Positions 28,183 to 40,091 of a stretch of 64,000 nt of DNA are shown here, in pieces (the stretch's first letter is position 1; each line of letters starts with the position of its first letter). The notes beneath the pieces were generated by a model that did not search any database, was not told the origin of the DNA, and worked only from the letters and a program-made list of their open reading frames with translations. Origin of the DNA: Actinomycetota bacterium. Its GTDB lineage: Bacteria > Actinomycetota > Acidimicrobiia > Acidimicrobiales > SZUA-35. The DNA lies in NCBI GenBank assembly GCA_039201605.1, contig JBCCRO010000004.1, forward strand, positions 178,621-242,620, in the 5' to 3' direction. The position numbers and the translations under genes were made by a program.

Positions 28183-28641
28183 ATGAGCGGCCATACTCGT
28201 GCCATGACGGAGAAGACGGAGAAGATCCCCCCGCGGTTCCGCAAGACCAAGACCGACAAGTGGGCGGTCATGGCTCCGGTCGAGGACCTGGAGAAGGCCC
28301 TGGCCGAGGGGGGCAAGATCGACGTGTTGAAGAAGTCGGGCGACTGGTCCAGCTTCCGGGTCGCCTCCCTGGGGCGGCCCTTCGACGTGGACGGCGTGTC
28401 GATGTGTTACGGCTACGGCCCCGACGACGAGGCCGAGGGAGGCGCCGACGGCGGCTCCGGCGGCTCCGGCGGCGAGGCGACGTCAGGCCGCGGCGCCGGT
28501 GGCGACACCCGATCCCGAGGCGGCGCCCCCCGCCGCTCGGCGCCCGCCCGCGCCGCCACCGCTCCCCCGCCCAACGATCCCTCCGAGCCGCTCCCCGAGT
28601 ATCAGGGCGGGGCCGAGGACGAGTGGGACGGCGGCTTCTAG
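28183..28641 (+). CDS. hypothetical protein with Gly/Arg-rich disordered tail and acidic-aromatic C-terminal tip
   Basis: 152-aa ORF with strong G/C3 bias. It has a Lys-rich N-terminal ~75-aa globular part, then GGADGGSGGSGGEATSGRGAGG...APPPNDPSEPLPEYQGGAEDEWDGGF. ATG 28204 is an alternative start. I recognise no family. Confidence 0.6.
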   Translation: MSGHTRAMTEKTEKIPPRFRKTKTDKWAVMAPVEDLEKALAEGGKIDVLKKSGDWSSFRVASLGRPFDVDGVSMCYGYGPDDEAEGGADGGSGGSGGEATSGRGAGGDTRSRGGAPRRSAPARAATAPPPNDPSEPLPEYQGGAEDEWDGGF

Positions 28642-28657
28642 CGCCCTGGCCGGAAGC

Positions 28658-28673
28658 GTTCGCCCGGGCGAAC
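28658..28673. terminator. 16-bp perfect palindrome GTTCGCCCGGGCGAAC in convergent gap
   Basis: Forms a 6-bp stem with a 4-nt loop on either strand, between the stops at 28641 (+) and 28718 (-). Confidence 0.35.
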
Positions 28674-28717
28674 ACCGCAGGGGTTTGCGTCAGGGCACTG
28701 GCCGGGCGTGATCGGGC

Positions 28718-30361
28718 TCAGGCCCGGGGCGTTATCGAGTAGATCGGCTGGCGACGGTCGATGCCGCCGCCGGTCGGCCCCACGTCCGGCACCCGATCCG
28801 GCAGCACCAACCCGTCGGGCCACCGCACCGGGTTGAGGGCGCCGGTGGCGTCGCTCAGCTTGTCGGCGGCCAGGGGGCGCTCGAACAGGAAGCCCTGCAT
28901 CAGATCGACGCCGAGGCCGTACAGGATCTGCAGCTGTTCGGTCCGCTCGACGCCCTCGGCCACCACCCGCAGATCGAGGGCCCGGGCCATAGCGATGATG
29001 GCCTCGACGATCGTCTGGTTGGCCCCGCCTTCGAGCATGTCGCGCACGAAGCTCTGGTCGATCTTGAGGATCGACACCATGTCGAGCTGCTTGATGTAGC
29101 TGAGCGACGATCGACCGGTGCCGAAGTCGTCGATGGCGAGGTGGACGCCGAGCTCGCGCAGGGAGCGCAGCACCTTGAGGCCGTCGAGGTGCTCCATCAC
29201 CACGTCCTCGGTGATCTCCAGCACCAGCTGATCCGGCGGGAGGCCCGACCAGGCGAGCACCTCTCTCACCATCATCGGCAGATCCACACCCGTGAGCTGC
29301 TGCTCGGAGATGTTGACCCCCATCCGCACCCCGGCCTCGGGCCCGGCCAGCTGGTTCCAGATCGCGGCCTGGGCGCAGGCCTCCCGGAGCACGAGCTCGC
29401 CGATCCGGGTCATCAGCCGGGACTCGTCGGCCACCGGCAGGAAGAGATCGGGCGGAATGAGCCCCCGGTTGGGATGCTCCCACCGGACCAGGGCCTCCAG
29501 GCTGTAGAGCTTGCCGGTGGCGGCGTCGATCACCGGCTGGTAGTGGACGATGATCTGGTTGTGTTCGAGCGCCTGCTTCAGCTCCCGCTCGATGTCCAGA
29601 CGATCCATCAACAGCGAGCGCTGGGCGGCGTCGAACACGGCGTAGCCGGAGCGGTCGCGCTTGGCCTTGTACATCGCGGCGTCGGCGTCTCGCACCAGGT
29701 CGTCGGCCGTCCGCTCGTCGCCCGGTCCGGCGATGGCGACCCCGATCGAGGCCGAGACGTCCTGCTGACGGCCGCGAAGCGCCACCGGCTGACAGAGCCG
29801 CTTGCTGATCTGCACGGCCACCGCCTCCACCGATCGGGCCGTCATCAGGCTGCGGGCGATGACGATGAACTCGTCGCCGCCGAGCCGGGCCACCACGTCG
29901 GTGCCCCGGGTGGCGGCCCGAAGCCGGTCGGCCACCACCCGTAGAAGCTCGTCGCCCACGTCGTGGCCGAGCGAGTCGTTGATCGCCTTGAACCGGTCGA
30001 GGTCGAGGAACAGCACCCCGAACACCGTCTGCTCCCGCTCGGCCAGCTCGCGCGACTCGTCGAGGAGGCGGTAGAGCTCGTTGCGGTTGACCAGACCGGT
30101 GAGCGGGTCGAACTTCGCCCCTTCGGCCGCCTCGGTCAGGGTCCGGGAGATCTCCTGGTAGCCCATGCGCTGCAGCACCGAGGCCACCGTGGCGGCCACC
30201 GACGAGGTGAGGACCAAGGCCGTCGCCCGCTGTACGTCGGCCCCGGTCACCCCGAGCCCGGAATACGCCATGACGCCGACGACGGCGCCGGCCAACAGGG
30301 CGGCCAGAAACACGAGGATCGGAGATCCGAGAACGCGATGCAGCATGACTACCCAGATCAA
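28718..30361 (-). CDS. GGDEF-EAL protein (diguanylate cyclase/phosphodiesterase) with an N-terminal membrane anchor
   Basis: 547 aa. Two N-terminal TM helices, an intact GGDEF (VARLGGDEFIVIA), and EAL domain motifs (SLEALVRWEHP, DDFGTGRSSLSYI). Confidence 0.9.
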   Translation of the reverse strand: MIWVVMLHRVLGSPILVFLAALLAGAVVGVMAYSGLGVTGADVQRATALVLTSSVAATVASVLQRMGYQEISRTLTEAAEGAKFDPLTGLVNRNELYRLLDESRELAEREQTVFGVLFLDLDRFKAINDSLGHDVGDELLRVVADRLRAATRGTDVVARLGGDEFIVIARSLMTARSVEAVAVQISKRLCQPVALRGRQQDVSASIGVAIAGPGDERTADDLVRDADAAMYKAKRDRSGYAVFDAAQRSLLMDRLDIERELKQALEHNQIIVHYQPVIDAATGKLYSLEALVRWEHPNRGLIPPDLFLPVADESRLMTRIGELVLREACAQAAIWNQLAGPEAGVRMGVNISEQQLTGVDLPMMVREVLAWSGLPPDQLVLEITEDVVMEHLDGLKVLRSLRELGVHLAIDDFGTGRSSLSYIKQLDMVSILKIDQSFVRDMLEGGANQTIVEAIIAMARALDLRVVAEGVERTEQLQILYGLGVDLMQGFLFERPLAADKLSDATGALNPVRWPDGLVLPDRVPDVGPTGGGIDRRQPIYSITPRA

Positions 30362-30415
30362 CGGCCATGCGGGCCGATGCCTTGATAGTGAGCGATCGGG
30401 GACGGGTCGTTCGCC

Positions 30416-31111
30416 TCAGGAGGACGCCGCAGCGCCCGGAGGCACCCGACGCTCGACCGAGCCCCGCCGACCGGCTCGCTCGTCGATCAGCTCGAGCTGC
30501 TGACCTCGCTCCGCCCGGAGCCCCTCATGCCAATGGGCCCGGCACAGGAGCTCGTAGGTCACCTTGGGCGGTCGCCGGTCCGCTCCGACCGCGGTGTCGC
30601 CGACCACCTTCAACTCGCCGCTGTAGACCTGCACCCCGTCGACCAGTCGGGCGTTGTGGGTGGCCCGCTCGCCGCACCAGCAGCGGGACTCCACCTGCAG
30701 CTCCTGGCGCTCGTCGGCCAGCTCCAGCAGCCGCTTCGTGCCGGGGAACAGCTCGCCCTGGAAGCTGGTGAGGAGGCCGAAGGCGTAGACGTCGACGTCG
30801 AGCTCGTCGACCACCAGGCCGAGCTGGTCGATCTGGGCCGGCTCGTAGAACTGGGCCTCGTCGCAGATCATGGCGTCGAGCTCACCCCGGCGGTGGGCGT
30901 CGACGGCCAGCCGGTGCAGATCGAGCCGGTGATCGACGATCTCGGCCTCGGCCGCCACCCCGAGGCGGCTCGACACCCGGCCCACCTGCCGGTCGAGCTG
31001 AGTGGTCAGGATCACGGCAAGCCCGGTCGACGACAGATTGTGGTGGATCTGCAGCGCCTGGGTGCTCTTGCCCGAGCCCATGGTCCCGAAGAAGAAACGA
31101 AGCTTCGCCAC
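30416..31111 (-). CDS. tdk: thymidine kinase
   Basis: 231 aa with P-loop FFFGTMGSGKST and zinc-ribbon cysteines (CWCGERATHNARL...LCRAHW). Confidence 0.9.
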   Translation of the reverse strand: MAKLRFFFGTMGSGKSTQALQIHHNLSSTGLAVILTTQLDRQVGRVSSRLGVAAEAEIVDHRLDLHRLAVDAHRRGELDAMICDEAQFYEPAQIDQLGLVVDELDVDVYAFGLLTSFQGELFPGTKRLLELADERQELQVESRCWCGERATHNARLVDGVQVYSGELKVVGDTAVGADRRPPKVTYELLCRAHWHEGLRAERGQQLELIDERAGRRGSVERRVPPGAAASS

Positions 31112-31246
31112 GACGTCAAACTACACAGCCGTAACGGGGCCGCGCACGGACCCCCGGACGGGTCGAGATACCCGGGTGTCGGGCCCTCGACGCAGCCCCC
31201 GGATCCCCGATGGCCCACGATCGCCGGTGGGGCCGACGGTGGCTAG

Positions 31247-33562
<2,316 letters not shown>

Positions 33563-33564
33563 TC

Positions 33565-34239
33565 ATGACCGCGGCCGACGACCTGCACCTCCATCTCACG
33601 ATCGCGGGCTCGGGCCCGTCGGTCGTGTTCACCCACGGCTGGCTCAACACCGGTGACGTGTGGTCGGGCGTCGTCGACGCCCTCGACGGTTCGGCCACCA
33701 CCCTGACCTGGGATCTCAGGGGTCACGGTTCCTCCGAGGCCGCCGAGCCCGGGCGGTACGAGCGGGTGGACGCCCTCGGCGATCTGGCCCGCATGGTGGA
33801 GGCCGTGGGCGGCCCGGCGGTGCTCGTCGGTCACTCCCTCGGCGGCTACCTGGCCCTGGCCTACGCCATCGAGCGCCCCGAGGACGTGGTGGGACTCGTG
33901 CTGGTGGCGGCCGGGCCCGGGTTCCGGTCGATGAAGAGCCTGGAGCAATGGAACGCCTCGGTGGAGACGACGGCGGCCGACGCCGACATCCCCGAGGGCC
34001 AGCAGCGCATCTCGATGCACGTCGACTCGATGGTGATGGATCGCCTGGGCGAGATCACGGTGCCCGTGGTCAGCGTGTGCGGCGAACGGGACAAGCGCTT
34101 CATCGCCTCGATGGACATCTTCGACAAGCATCTCGACGTCAAGGAGCGGCTGATCGTGCCCGACGCCGGGCACATGGTCCACGTGAAGCAACCGCAGGCG
34201 GTGGCCGGCGCCGTCACCACGCTGCTCGCCCACCTGTAG
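33565..34239 (+). CDS. alpha/beta hydrolase
   Basis: 224 aa with an HG oxyanion region (VVFTHGW), the nucleophile elbow VGHSLGG, and C-terminal DAGHMVH. Confidence 0.85.
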   Translation: MTAADDLHLHLTIAGSGPSVVFTHGWLNTGDVWSGVVDALDGSATTLTWDLRGHGSSEAAEPGRYERVDALGDLARMVEAVGGPAVLVGHSLGGYLALAYAIERPEDVVGLVLVAAGPGFRSMKSLEQWNASVETTAADADIPEGQQRISMHVDSMVMDRLGEITVPVVSVCGERDKRFIASMDIFDKHLDVKERLIVPDAGHMVHVKQPQAVAGAVTTLLAHL

Positions 34240-34324
34240 GCGTCGTCCGCCCCTGCTCGGCCCGGGCGTCGGAATGGTCCGTCCTCCGGAATGGGACGCC
34301 CATCGGCCGGGGTTTGACCAACCC

Positions 34325-35617
34325 ATGGTGACCATGGCGCAGCACGCTCGATGGCGGGTCGGTGCCATCGCGCTCGGGCTGGTGCTCCTGGCCACCGCCT
34401 GCGCCGGCGGATCGGTCGATGGCGCCACCGGCGAGGGGGACGACAGCGGGACGGCCCCGGCCGGAGAGGCCGTCGAGGCGGTCGAAGCCGTCGACGCCAC
34501 CACCGACACCACGATCGAGGACTACCCCGACGCTCAGACCCGGGCCCTGCAGCGCCTGGCCGCCCAGCCCCGCCCGGTGCCCCGGTCGGCCCTGCCGCCC
34601 CGTCACCTCGACGCCGAGCAGTTCCCGGAGACGCTGGTCGAGCGGACCCTCATCGTCTCCGGCGGAGTCGACCCCGACGCCATCGCCCCCATCGACGAGC
34701 CGTGGTTCGAGCCGGTGACCGACGTCGACTGGCTCACCGACGACGAGGCGGTGCTGGTGATCGAGCTCGACGACGTGGCCCGGGCCTACCCGATCCGGGT
34801 CATGATCCTCCACGAGATCGTCAACGACACCGTGGGCGGGCTGCCGGTGGCCGTCACCTACTGTCCCCTGTGCAACTCCGGAGTCGCGGTGGAACGGACC
34901 GTCGGTGGCGAGGTGCTCGACTTCGGCACGTCCGGCGCCCTCTACCAGTCGGCGCTGGTGATGTACGACCGGCAGACCGAGTCGCTGTGGACCCATTTCG
35001 ACGGTCGGGCCGTGGTCGGCGACTACCTGGGCGAGCAGCTGGCGCTCGTGCCCATGGCCACGGTGGCGTGGGACGACTTCCGCCGCGACCATCCCGACGG
35101 GGAGGTCCTGGGCCGGATCGACCCCAACCAGCCCTACGGCCGCAACCCGTACGGAGCCTACGACAGCGGCGATGGTCCGCTGGCCGGCTTCTTCCGGGGC
35201 GAGATCGACGACCGGTTGGCGGCCATGGAGCGGGTCACCGGCGTCCAGGTCGCCGGGCATGAGACCGCGGTACCGCTGGCGACGGCTTCCGCCGAAGGCG
35301 TGGTGCCCCTCGACGTCGACGGCGAGCGGGTGCTCGTGGTGTGGACCCCCGGCCTGCGTTCCGCCCTCGACGGCGACCAGGTGAGCGACGGCGCCGACAT
35401 CGGGGCGACCGCCGTGTTCCGTACCGAGCTGCCGCTCACCATCGACGACACCGGTGCGGACGGCCCGGTGCTGCTCGACGCCGACGCGGGGCGGCGGTGG
35501 TCGACGCTGGGCACGCCCATCGGTCACGAGGGCCCGGCCCTGGAGCCGGTCCCCCATGTTGACACGTTCTGGTTTGCGTGGTCCACCTACCACCCGCAGA
35601 CGGCGCTGGCGGGCTGA
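34325..35617 (+). CDS. DUF3179-domain lipoprotein
   Basis: ATG 34325 (or 34334) gives a signal peptide with an LATAC lipobox. DUF3179 hallmarks are present: VAVTYCPLCNSG and a C-terminal FWFAW. Confidence 0.8.
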   Translation: MVTMAQHARWRVGAIALGLVLLATACAGGSVDGATGEGDDSGTAPAGEAVEAVEAVDATTDTTIEDYPDAQTRALQRLAAQPRPVPRSALPPRHLDAEQFPETLVERTLIVSGGVDPDAIAPIDEPWFEPVTDVDWLTDDEAVLVIELDDVARAYPIRVMILHEIVNDTVGGLPVAVTYCPLCNSGVAVERTVGGEVLDFGTSGALYQSALVMYDRQTESLWTHFDGRAVVGDYLGEQLALVPMATVAWDDFRRDHPDGEVLGRIDPNQPYGRNPYGAYDSGDGPLAGFFRGEIDDRLAAMERVTGVQVAGHETAVPLATASAEGVVPLDVDGERVLVVWTPGLRSALDGDQVSDGADIGATAVFRTELPLTIDDTGADGPVLLDADAGRRWSTLGTPIGHEGPALEPVPHVDTFWFAWSTYHPQTALAG

Positions 35618-35654
35618 GGCCGATCGCCGGGCGAGCGGCGTGGACCTCGTCGGC

Positions 35655-36095
35655 TCAGCCGGCCGAGGCCACGAACACCGGAATCTGGCGGTCGGTGGCT
35701 TCGGCGTACTCCTGATAGCGGGGGAAGACCGCCACCGACCGCTCCCACCAGGCGGCCCGCTCGTCCCCGTCGACCAGGCGGACCTCGGCGTCGAAGGGTG
35801 CCGGTCCGTCCTGGATCATCACCTTCGGGTCGGCCATCAGGTTGTGGTACCAGCCCGGGTGGGCCGGTGCCCCGCCCTTGGAGGCGACGATGGCGTATTC
35901 GCCCTCGTGCTCCACCCGCATCAACGGGACCTTGCGCACCTTGCCCGAGCGATGACCGACCGTGGTCATCACGATGATCGGGATCCCGGTGTCCCGCAGG
36001 GTGTTGGCCTCGGTCCCGTTCGAGGCCTCATAGGCCTCGACCTGCTCCCGGACCCAGTCCCAGGTGCTCGGCTCGTACTCTCCGTCGATCGACAT
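35655..36095 (-). CDS. deazaflavin (F420)-dependent nitroreductase-family oxidoreductase (Ddn-like)
   Basis: 146 aa. The sequence GHRSGKVRKVPLMRVEHEGEYAIVASKGGAPAHPGWYHNL is typical of this high-GC family. Confidence 0.85.
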   Translation of the reverse strand: MSIDGEYEPSTWDWVREQVEAYEASNGTEANTLRDTGIPIIVMTTVGHRSGKVRKVPLMRVEHEGEYAIVASKGGAPAHPGWYHNLMADPKVMIQDGPAPFDAEVRLVDGDERAAWWERSVAVFPRYQEYAEATDRQIPVFVASAG

Positions 36096-36197
36096 CTCCC
36101 GAGCCTACTCCCGGTCGCACCCGGCGCCCCTGGGCGCCCGACGTCGGCGGTGGAGGGGTGCCACGACAGGCATGCGTCCGTCGTGAGGTGGGCGGCG

Positions 36198-37208
36198 TCA
36201 GGCGACGTCGGAGGACGACCGATCGGGTGACGACGACCTCGCCGACTCGACACTGAACGTTCGCCGGTAGCGTCCGGGCGAGGTGTCCAGCCGTTGGCGG
36301 AAATGGTGCCGCAGCGTCTCGGCCGTGCGGTGCCCGCTCTGGCGGGCCACCTCGTCGATCGGCAGCGTCGTGCTCTCCAGGAGAACCCGGGCTCGATCGA
36401 GCCGTTGGTCGCGGATCCAGGCCAGCGGTGTCCGCCCGACCTCCTCGGCGAAGCGCCGAGCGAAGTTGCGAGACGACATGTTGGCGGCGTCGGCCATCGA
36501 CGCCACCGTGATCTCCTCGCCGAGTCGGCGCCGGGCCCACTCCATAGCCTCCGCCACATCCCGCCGCTGGGCCCGGGCCGGGTGGACGGGCGGCGCCGAC
36601 GGCGCGTACTGCGCCTGATCGCCGTCGCGTTGGGGCAACATCACCAGCCGGCGGGCCACGCTGGCGGCCACGGCGGCACCGTGATCCTGGCGGATCAGGT
36701 GGAGGCCGAGGTCCATACCCGCCGCACTGCCGGCCGAGGTGAAGACACGATCGGCCTCGGTGAACAAGACGTTCGGCCGCACGTCGATCTCGGGATAGGC
36801 CGCGGCCAGCTCCTCGCAGAATCGCCAGTGGGTCGTGGCCGCGCGCCCGTCGAGCAGGCCGGCGGCGGCGAACACGAACGCACCGGCGCAGATCGACACC
36901 AACCGGGCACCGTTGCGGTGAGCGGTGTCGAGTGCCTGCAGAAGCTCGGCGGGGGCCTCGACCTCCGGCCCGGGCCAGCCCGGCAGGATAACGGTGTCGG
37001 CATCGGTGATGGCGGTCAGATCCCGGTCGGCATCGAGCACGGCGCCGCCGAGCATGGCGATCGGCCGATGGCTGGTCGACACGACCTGGAAGTCGTACCA
37101 GTCCCTCTCCAGCTCGGGGCGTCGGAGCCCGAACAGCTCGGTGGCGATGCCGAACTCGAAGACGCACAGCCGCTCGTAGGCGATCGCCACCACGCGTGGA
37201 CCGGTCAT
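36198..37208 (-). CDS. GlxA-family transcriptional regulator (DJ-1/PfpI domain + AraC HTH)
   Basis: 336 aa with a DJ-1-like nucleophile elbow (SICAGAFVFAAAG) and a C-terminal AraC-type double HTH. Confidence 0.9.
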   Translation of the reverse strand: MTGPRVVAIAYERLCVFEFGIATELFGLRRPELERDWYDFQVVSTSHRPIAMLGGAVLDADRDLTAITDADTVILPGWPGPEVEAPAELLQALDTAHRNGARLVSICAGAFVFAAAGLLDGRAATTHWRFCEELAAAYPEIDVRPNVLFTEADRVFTSAGSAAGMDLGLHLIRQDHGAAVAASVARRLVMLPQRDGDQAQYAPSAPPVHPARAQRRDVAEAMEWARRRLGEEITVASMADAANMSSRNFARRFAEEVGRTPLAWIRDQRLDRARVLLESTTLPIDEVARQSGHRTAETLRHHFRQRLDTSPGRYRRTFSVESARSSSPDRSSSDVA

Positions 37209-37278
37209 GGCAGAATATTACCGAACGTTGTCTTTACTGCCACTTCCGCCGCAGGCCGGGCCGACGGACACTGCTCGG

Positions 37279-38493
37279 GTGAGCACACTCGAGCAACGGC
37301 AGAACGTCCGCACCGCCCAGGCGCTGGCTCTCACCCTCATCCCCCTGGTCGCTCTCGGGTTCGCACGATTCGCCTACGGGTCGATCCTGCCCTCGATGCG
37401 CGCCGATCTCGGCTGGACCTATCGCGAGGCGGCCATCCCGGCGATCACCAACGGCCTCGGCTACCTGATCGGGGCCGCCACCGCCGCCCGGTTCGTCCGC
37501 CGGACCGGGGTCGCCACCGCCGCCGTCATCGCCCTCGCCGCCACGACCGTCGTCACCGGGGCCACCTCGGTGCTGGGGGACCTGATCTGGGTCTCGACGC
37601 TCCGGGGCATCGCCGGAGCGACCGGAGGGTGGGCCTACGTCGCCGGTGCCATCGCCTCCGCCGCGCTCCGCGACGCCGGGGTGAAGCGGGCGGTGGTGTG
37701 GTACCCGGCCGGGACCGGGGTCGGCATCGTCGTCGTGGCGATCATCGGCCTCGTCATCGGCGATCGGATCGATCTGTGGCGGGAGATGTGGTGGCTGCTC
37801 GGCCTCCTCGGTGTGGTGGCGACGCTCGTCGTCCGACGCCACACCGCCCGGCTGAGCGACATCGTGCCCCCGGACCCGTCGACGACCTCGGGCGGTCTCA
37901 CCCTCGTCGGCTGGCCGATCCCGGTGGCCTACGGACTGTTCGGTGCCGGCTACATCGGGGTGGCGACCTTCGGCACCAGTCACCTGGTCGACGAGGGGCT
38001 CACCGCCACCACGACCCAGGCGTTCTGGCTCATCACCGGCCTGACCGTCGCGCTGTCGGCCAGCGCCTGGGCCGGCCCGATCGAGCGGCTCCCCGGGGGC
38101 ATGCCGCTGGCCGTGCCGGTCGCCGGCTGCGCCGTAGCGGCCGCCCTGTTCCTGGTGTCGGCATCGACCGTGGCCTCGATCGTCTCCGCCGCGGTGTTCG
38201 GCAGCTGCGTGCTCACGACCATGGCCGGCGTGACGACCATCATCCGTCGGCGACTCGATCCCGCCGACTGGGGCCGGGCGTTCGCCGCCATCACCGCCGC
38301 CTTCGCCCTCGGCCAGGTGCTCGGTCCGATGCTGGCGCTCGTCGTCGGCGAGCAGTCCCGGGTCGCCTACTGGCTGCTGGCGGTGTCCACCGGGCTGTTG
38401 GCGGCGGCCGCCGTCGTCGCCGGACTCGGCGTACGCCCGCCGACTCGGCCCTCGGCGCCGAGGGGGAGGGTGACCATCGACGGCGACCGCTGA
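37279..38493 (+). CDS. YbfB/YjiJ-family MFS transporter
   Basis: GFARFAYGSILPSMRADLGWTYREAAIPAITNGLGYLIGAA matches the YbfB/YjiJ N-terminal motif. Start assigned to GTG 37279 because 37207-37278 is AT-richer with poor third-position bias. The track start is 37207. Confidence 0.75.
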   Translation: MSTLEQRQNVRTAQALALTLIPLVALGFARFAYGSILPSMRADLGWTYREAAIPAITNGLGYLIGAATAARFVRRTGVATAAVIALAATTVVTGATSVLGDLIWVSTLRGIAGATGGWAYVAGAIASAALRDAGVKRAVVWYPAGTGVGIVVVAIIGLVIGDRIDLWREMWWLLGLLGVVATLVVRRHTARLSDIVPPDPSTTSGGLTLVGWPIPVAYGLFGAGYIGVATFGTSHLVDEGLTATTTQAFWLITGLTVALSASAWAGPIERLPGGMPLAVPVAGCAVAAALFLVSASTVASIVSAAVFGSCVLTTMAGVTTIIRRRLDPADWGRAFAAITAAFALGQVLGPMLALVVGEQSRVAYWLLAVSTGLLAAAAVVAGLGVRPPTRPSAPRGRVTIDGDR

Positions 38494-38633
38494 GGGCCGA
38501 CCTCATCGGCGGGCGCAGGCACCCGATCGGCCGCACGAGCCGCTGCCGTCGAGTCGCCCCTCCGCCTCAGGGGCCTGGCGGCCTTGAGTTCATCGTCTAT
38601 TCGTGCTGCGCACTCCATCTACCCGCTGAACGT

Positions 38634-39896
38634 CTAGGGCCGGGCGTCGTGGCGGATCTCGGCGAAGTTGTCGAGTTGGCGAAGGTCGGGCACGGCGACG
38701 GCGAAACCGGCCACCACCACCAGCGTGGCCACCCCGGCGACGACGATGGCGGGAACCAGACCGAACCACTCCGCCGTCAGCCCCGACTCGAACGCCCCCA
38801 GTTCGTTTGACGCCCCGATGAACACCGCTTCGACGGCCAGGACCCGCCCTCGGAGGCTGTCGGGGGTGGCCAGGGGCACGATGGTGGCCCGTACATACAC
38901 GCTGACCATGTCGGCGGCGGCCAGACCGGCGAATAGGGCCAGAGTAACGACGAGCGAGCGGCTGAAGGCGACCCCGATCGTGATCAGGCCGAACACGGCG
39001 ACCGCCTGCAGCAGGGCCCGGCCCACCCGCCGCTCGATCGGCCGCCAGGCCAAAAGGGCGGCCGTGACCACCGCCCCCACCCCACCGGCCGAGCGGATCC
39101 AGAACGCCGCTCCGTCGGGGGCGTCGAGCAGTTCGGTGGCGATGGCGGGGGCTAGGGCGACGACGCCCCCGAGGAGCACGGCGAACAGGTCGAGCCCGAT
39201 GGCGGCCAGGAGAAGCGGCGTGGCGGCCACCAGCTTGAGCCCCTGCAGGGCCTGGCCGAACGTGGCCCGTGGCGTGCGCTGCTGGGCGGCGTGCAGCTTC
39301 ACGGTGAGGATGGCGGCGGCGGCCGTCAGGTCGAGCAGGCCGATGGCGACGAACGTCCACGCCGGCCCGATCCCGTAGACGGCGCCGACCACCAGCGGGG
39401 CCAGCGCCAGCGACAGCTGCCACGTGGTCGACAGCACCGGCACCAGCCGGGGCAGCTCCCGTTCGGCCACCACGTTGGTGGGCAGGGCCCGGGCCGCCGG
39501 GTTGGCGAAGCCACGGGCCACGCCGAAGGCGGTGGTGAGACCGAGCAGGGGCAGGATCGACACCGAGTCGGTGGTCACGTACCAGGCGATCGTGAACGCC
39601 ACCAGGGCCTGGGCGGTGAAGGCCAGGGCGGCCAGGCGACGACGGTCGAACCGGTCGGCCAGCGACCCGGCCCACAGCACCAGGGCGAACGTCGGGAGAA
39701 ACTCGGCGAACCCGACGTAGCCGATATCGGCCTCGCTCCCCGTGAGGTCGAAGACGAACACCCCCATGGTTATGGCGAGACCCACCGAGGCCGAAGAGGC
39801 GGCGCTCTGACTGATCAGAAGGCTCCGCACCGAGCGGCGGCTCAGCAGATCACTGAGGGTGGTTTCGTCGGACTCGGTCGTCACGGGGCGTTCCAT
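38634..39896 (-). CDS. MFS transporter (MFS_3-like)
   Basis: 420 aa with 12 helices and the motif GSLADRFDRRRLAAL. Confidence 0.85.
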   Translation of the reverse strand: MERPVTTESDETTLSDLLSRRSVRSLLISQSAASSASVGLAITMGVFVFDLTGSEADIGYVGFAEFLPTFALVLWAGSLADRFDRRRLAALAFTAQALVAFTIAWYVTTDSVSILPLLGLTTAFGVARGFANPAARALPTNVVAERELPRLVPVLSTTWQLSLALAPLVVGAVYGIGPAWTFVAIGLLDLTAAAAILTVKLHAAQQRTPRATFGQALQGLKLVAATPLLLAAIGLDLFAVLLGGVVALAPAIATELLDAPDGAAFWIRSAGGVGAVVTAALLAWRPIERRVGRALLQAVAVFGLITIGVAFSRSLVVTLALFAGLAAADMVSVYVRATIVPLATPDSLRGRVLAVEAVFIGASNELGAFESGLTAEWFGLVPAIVVAGVATLVVVAGFAVAVPDLRQLDNFAEIRHDARP

Positions 39897-40091
39897 CGTC
39901 GAGTTGGCGGGGCTTGCCCTGGTCAGACGGGTTGCCCGGGAGCATTTGCCGCTAGCTGGTGGCGGCCCGGCCCTGCTACCTTAAGCGGTTGCTGGCGGCG
40001 GTCCCCAACGGCAAACGGGCAAGGAAGTGCGGGGAATTTGAGGGCAGAGATAGCGGGTGCGGGCGATGACCGCAACACCACGGCGGCGGCC

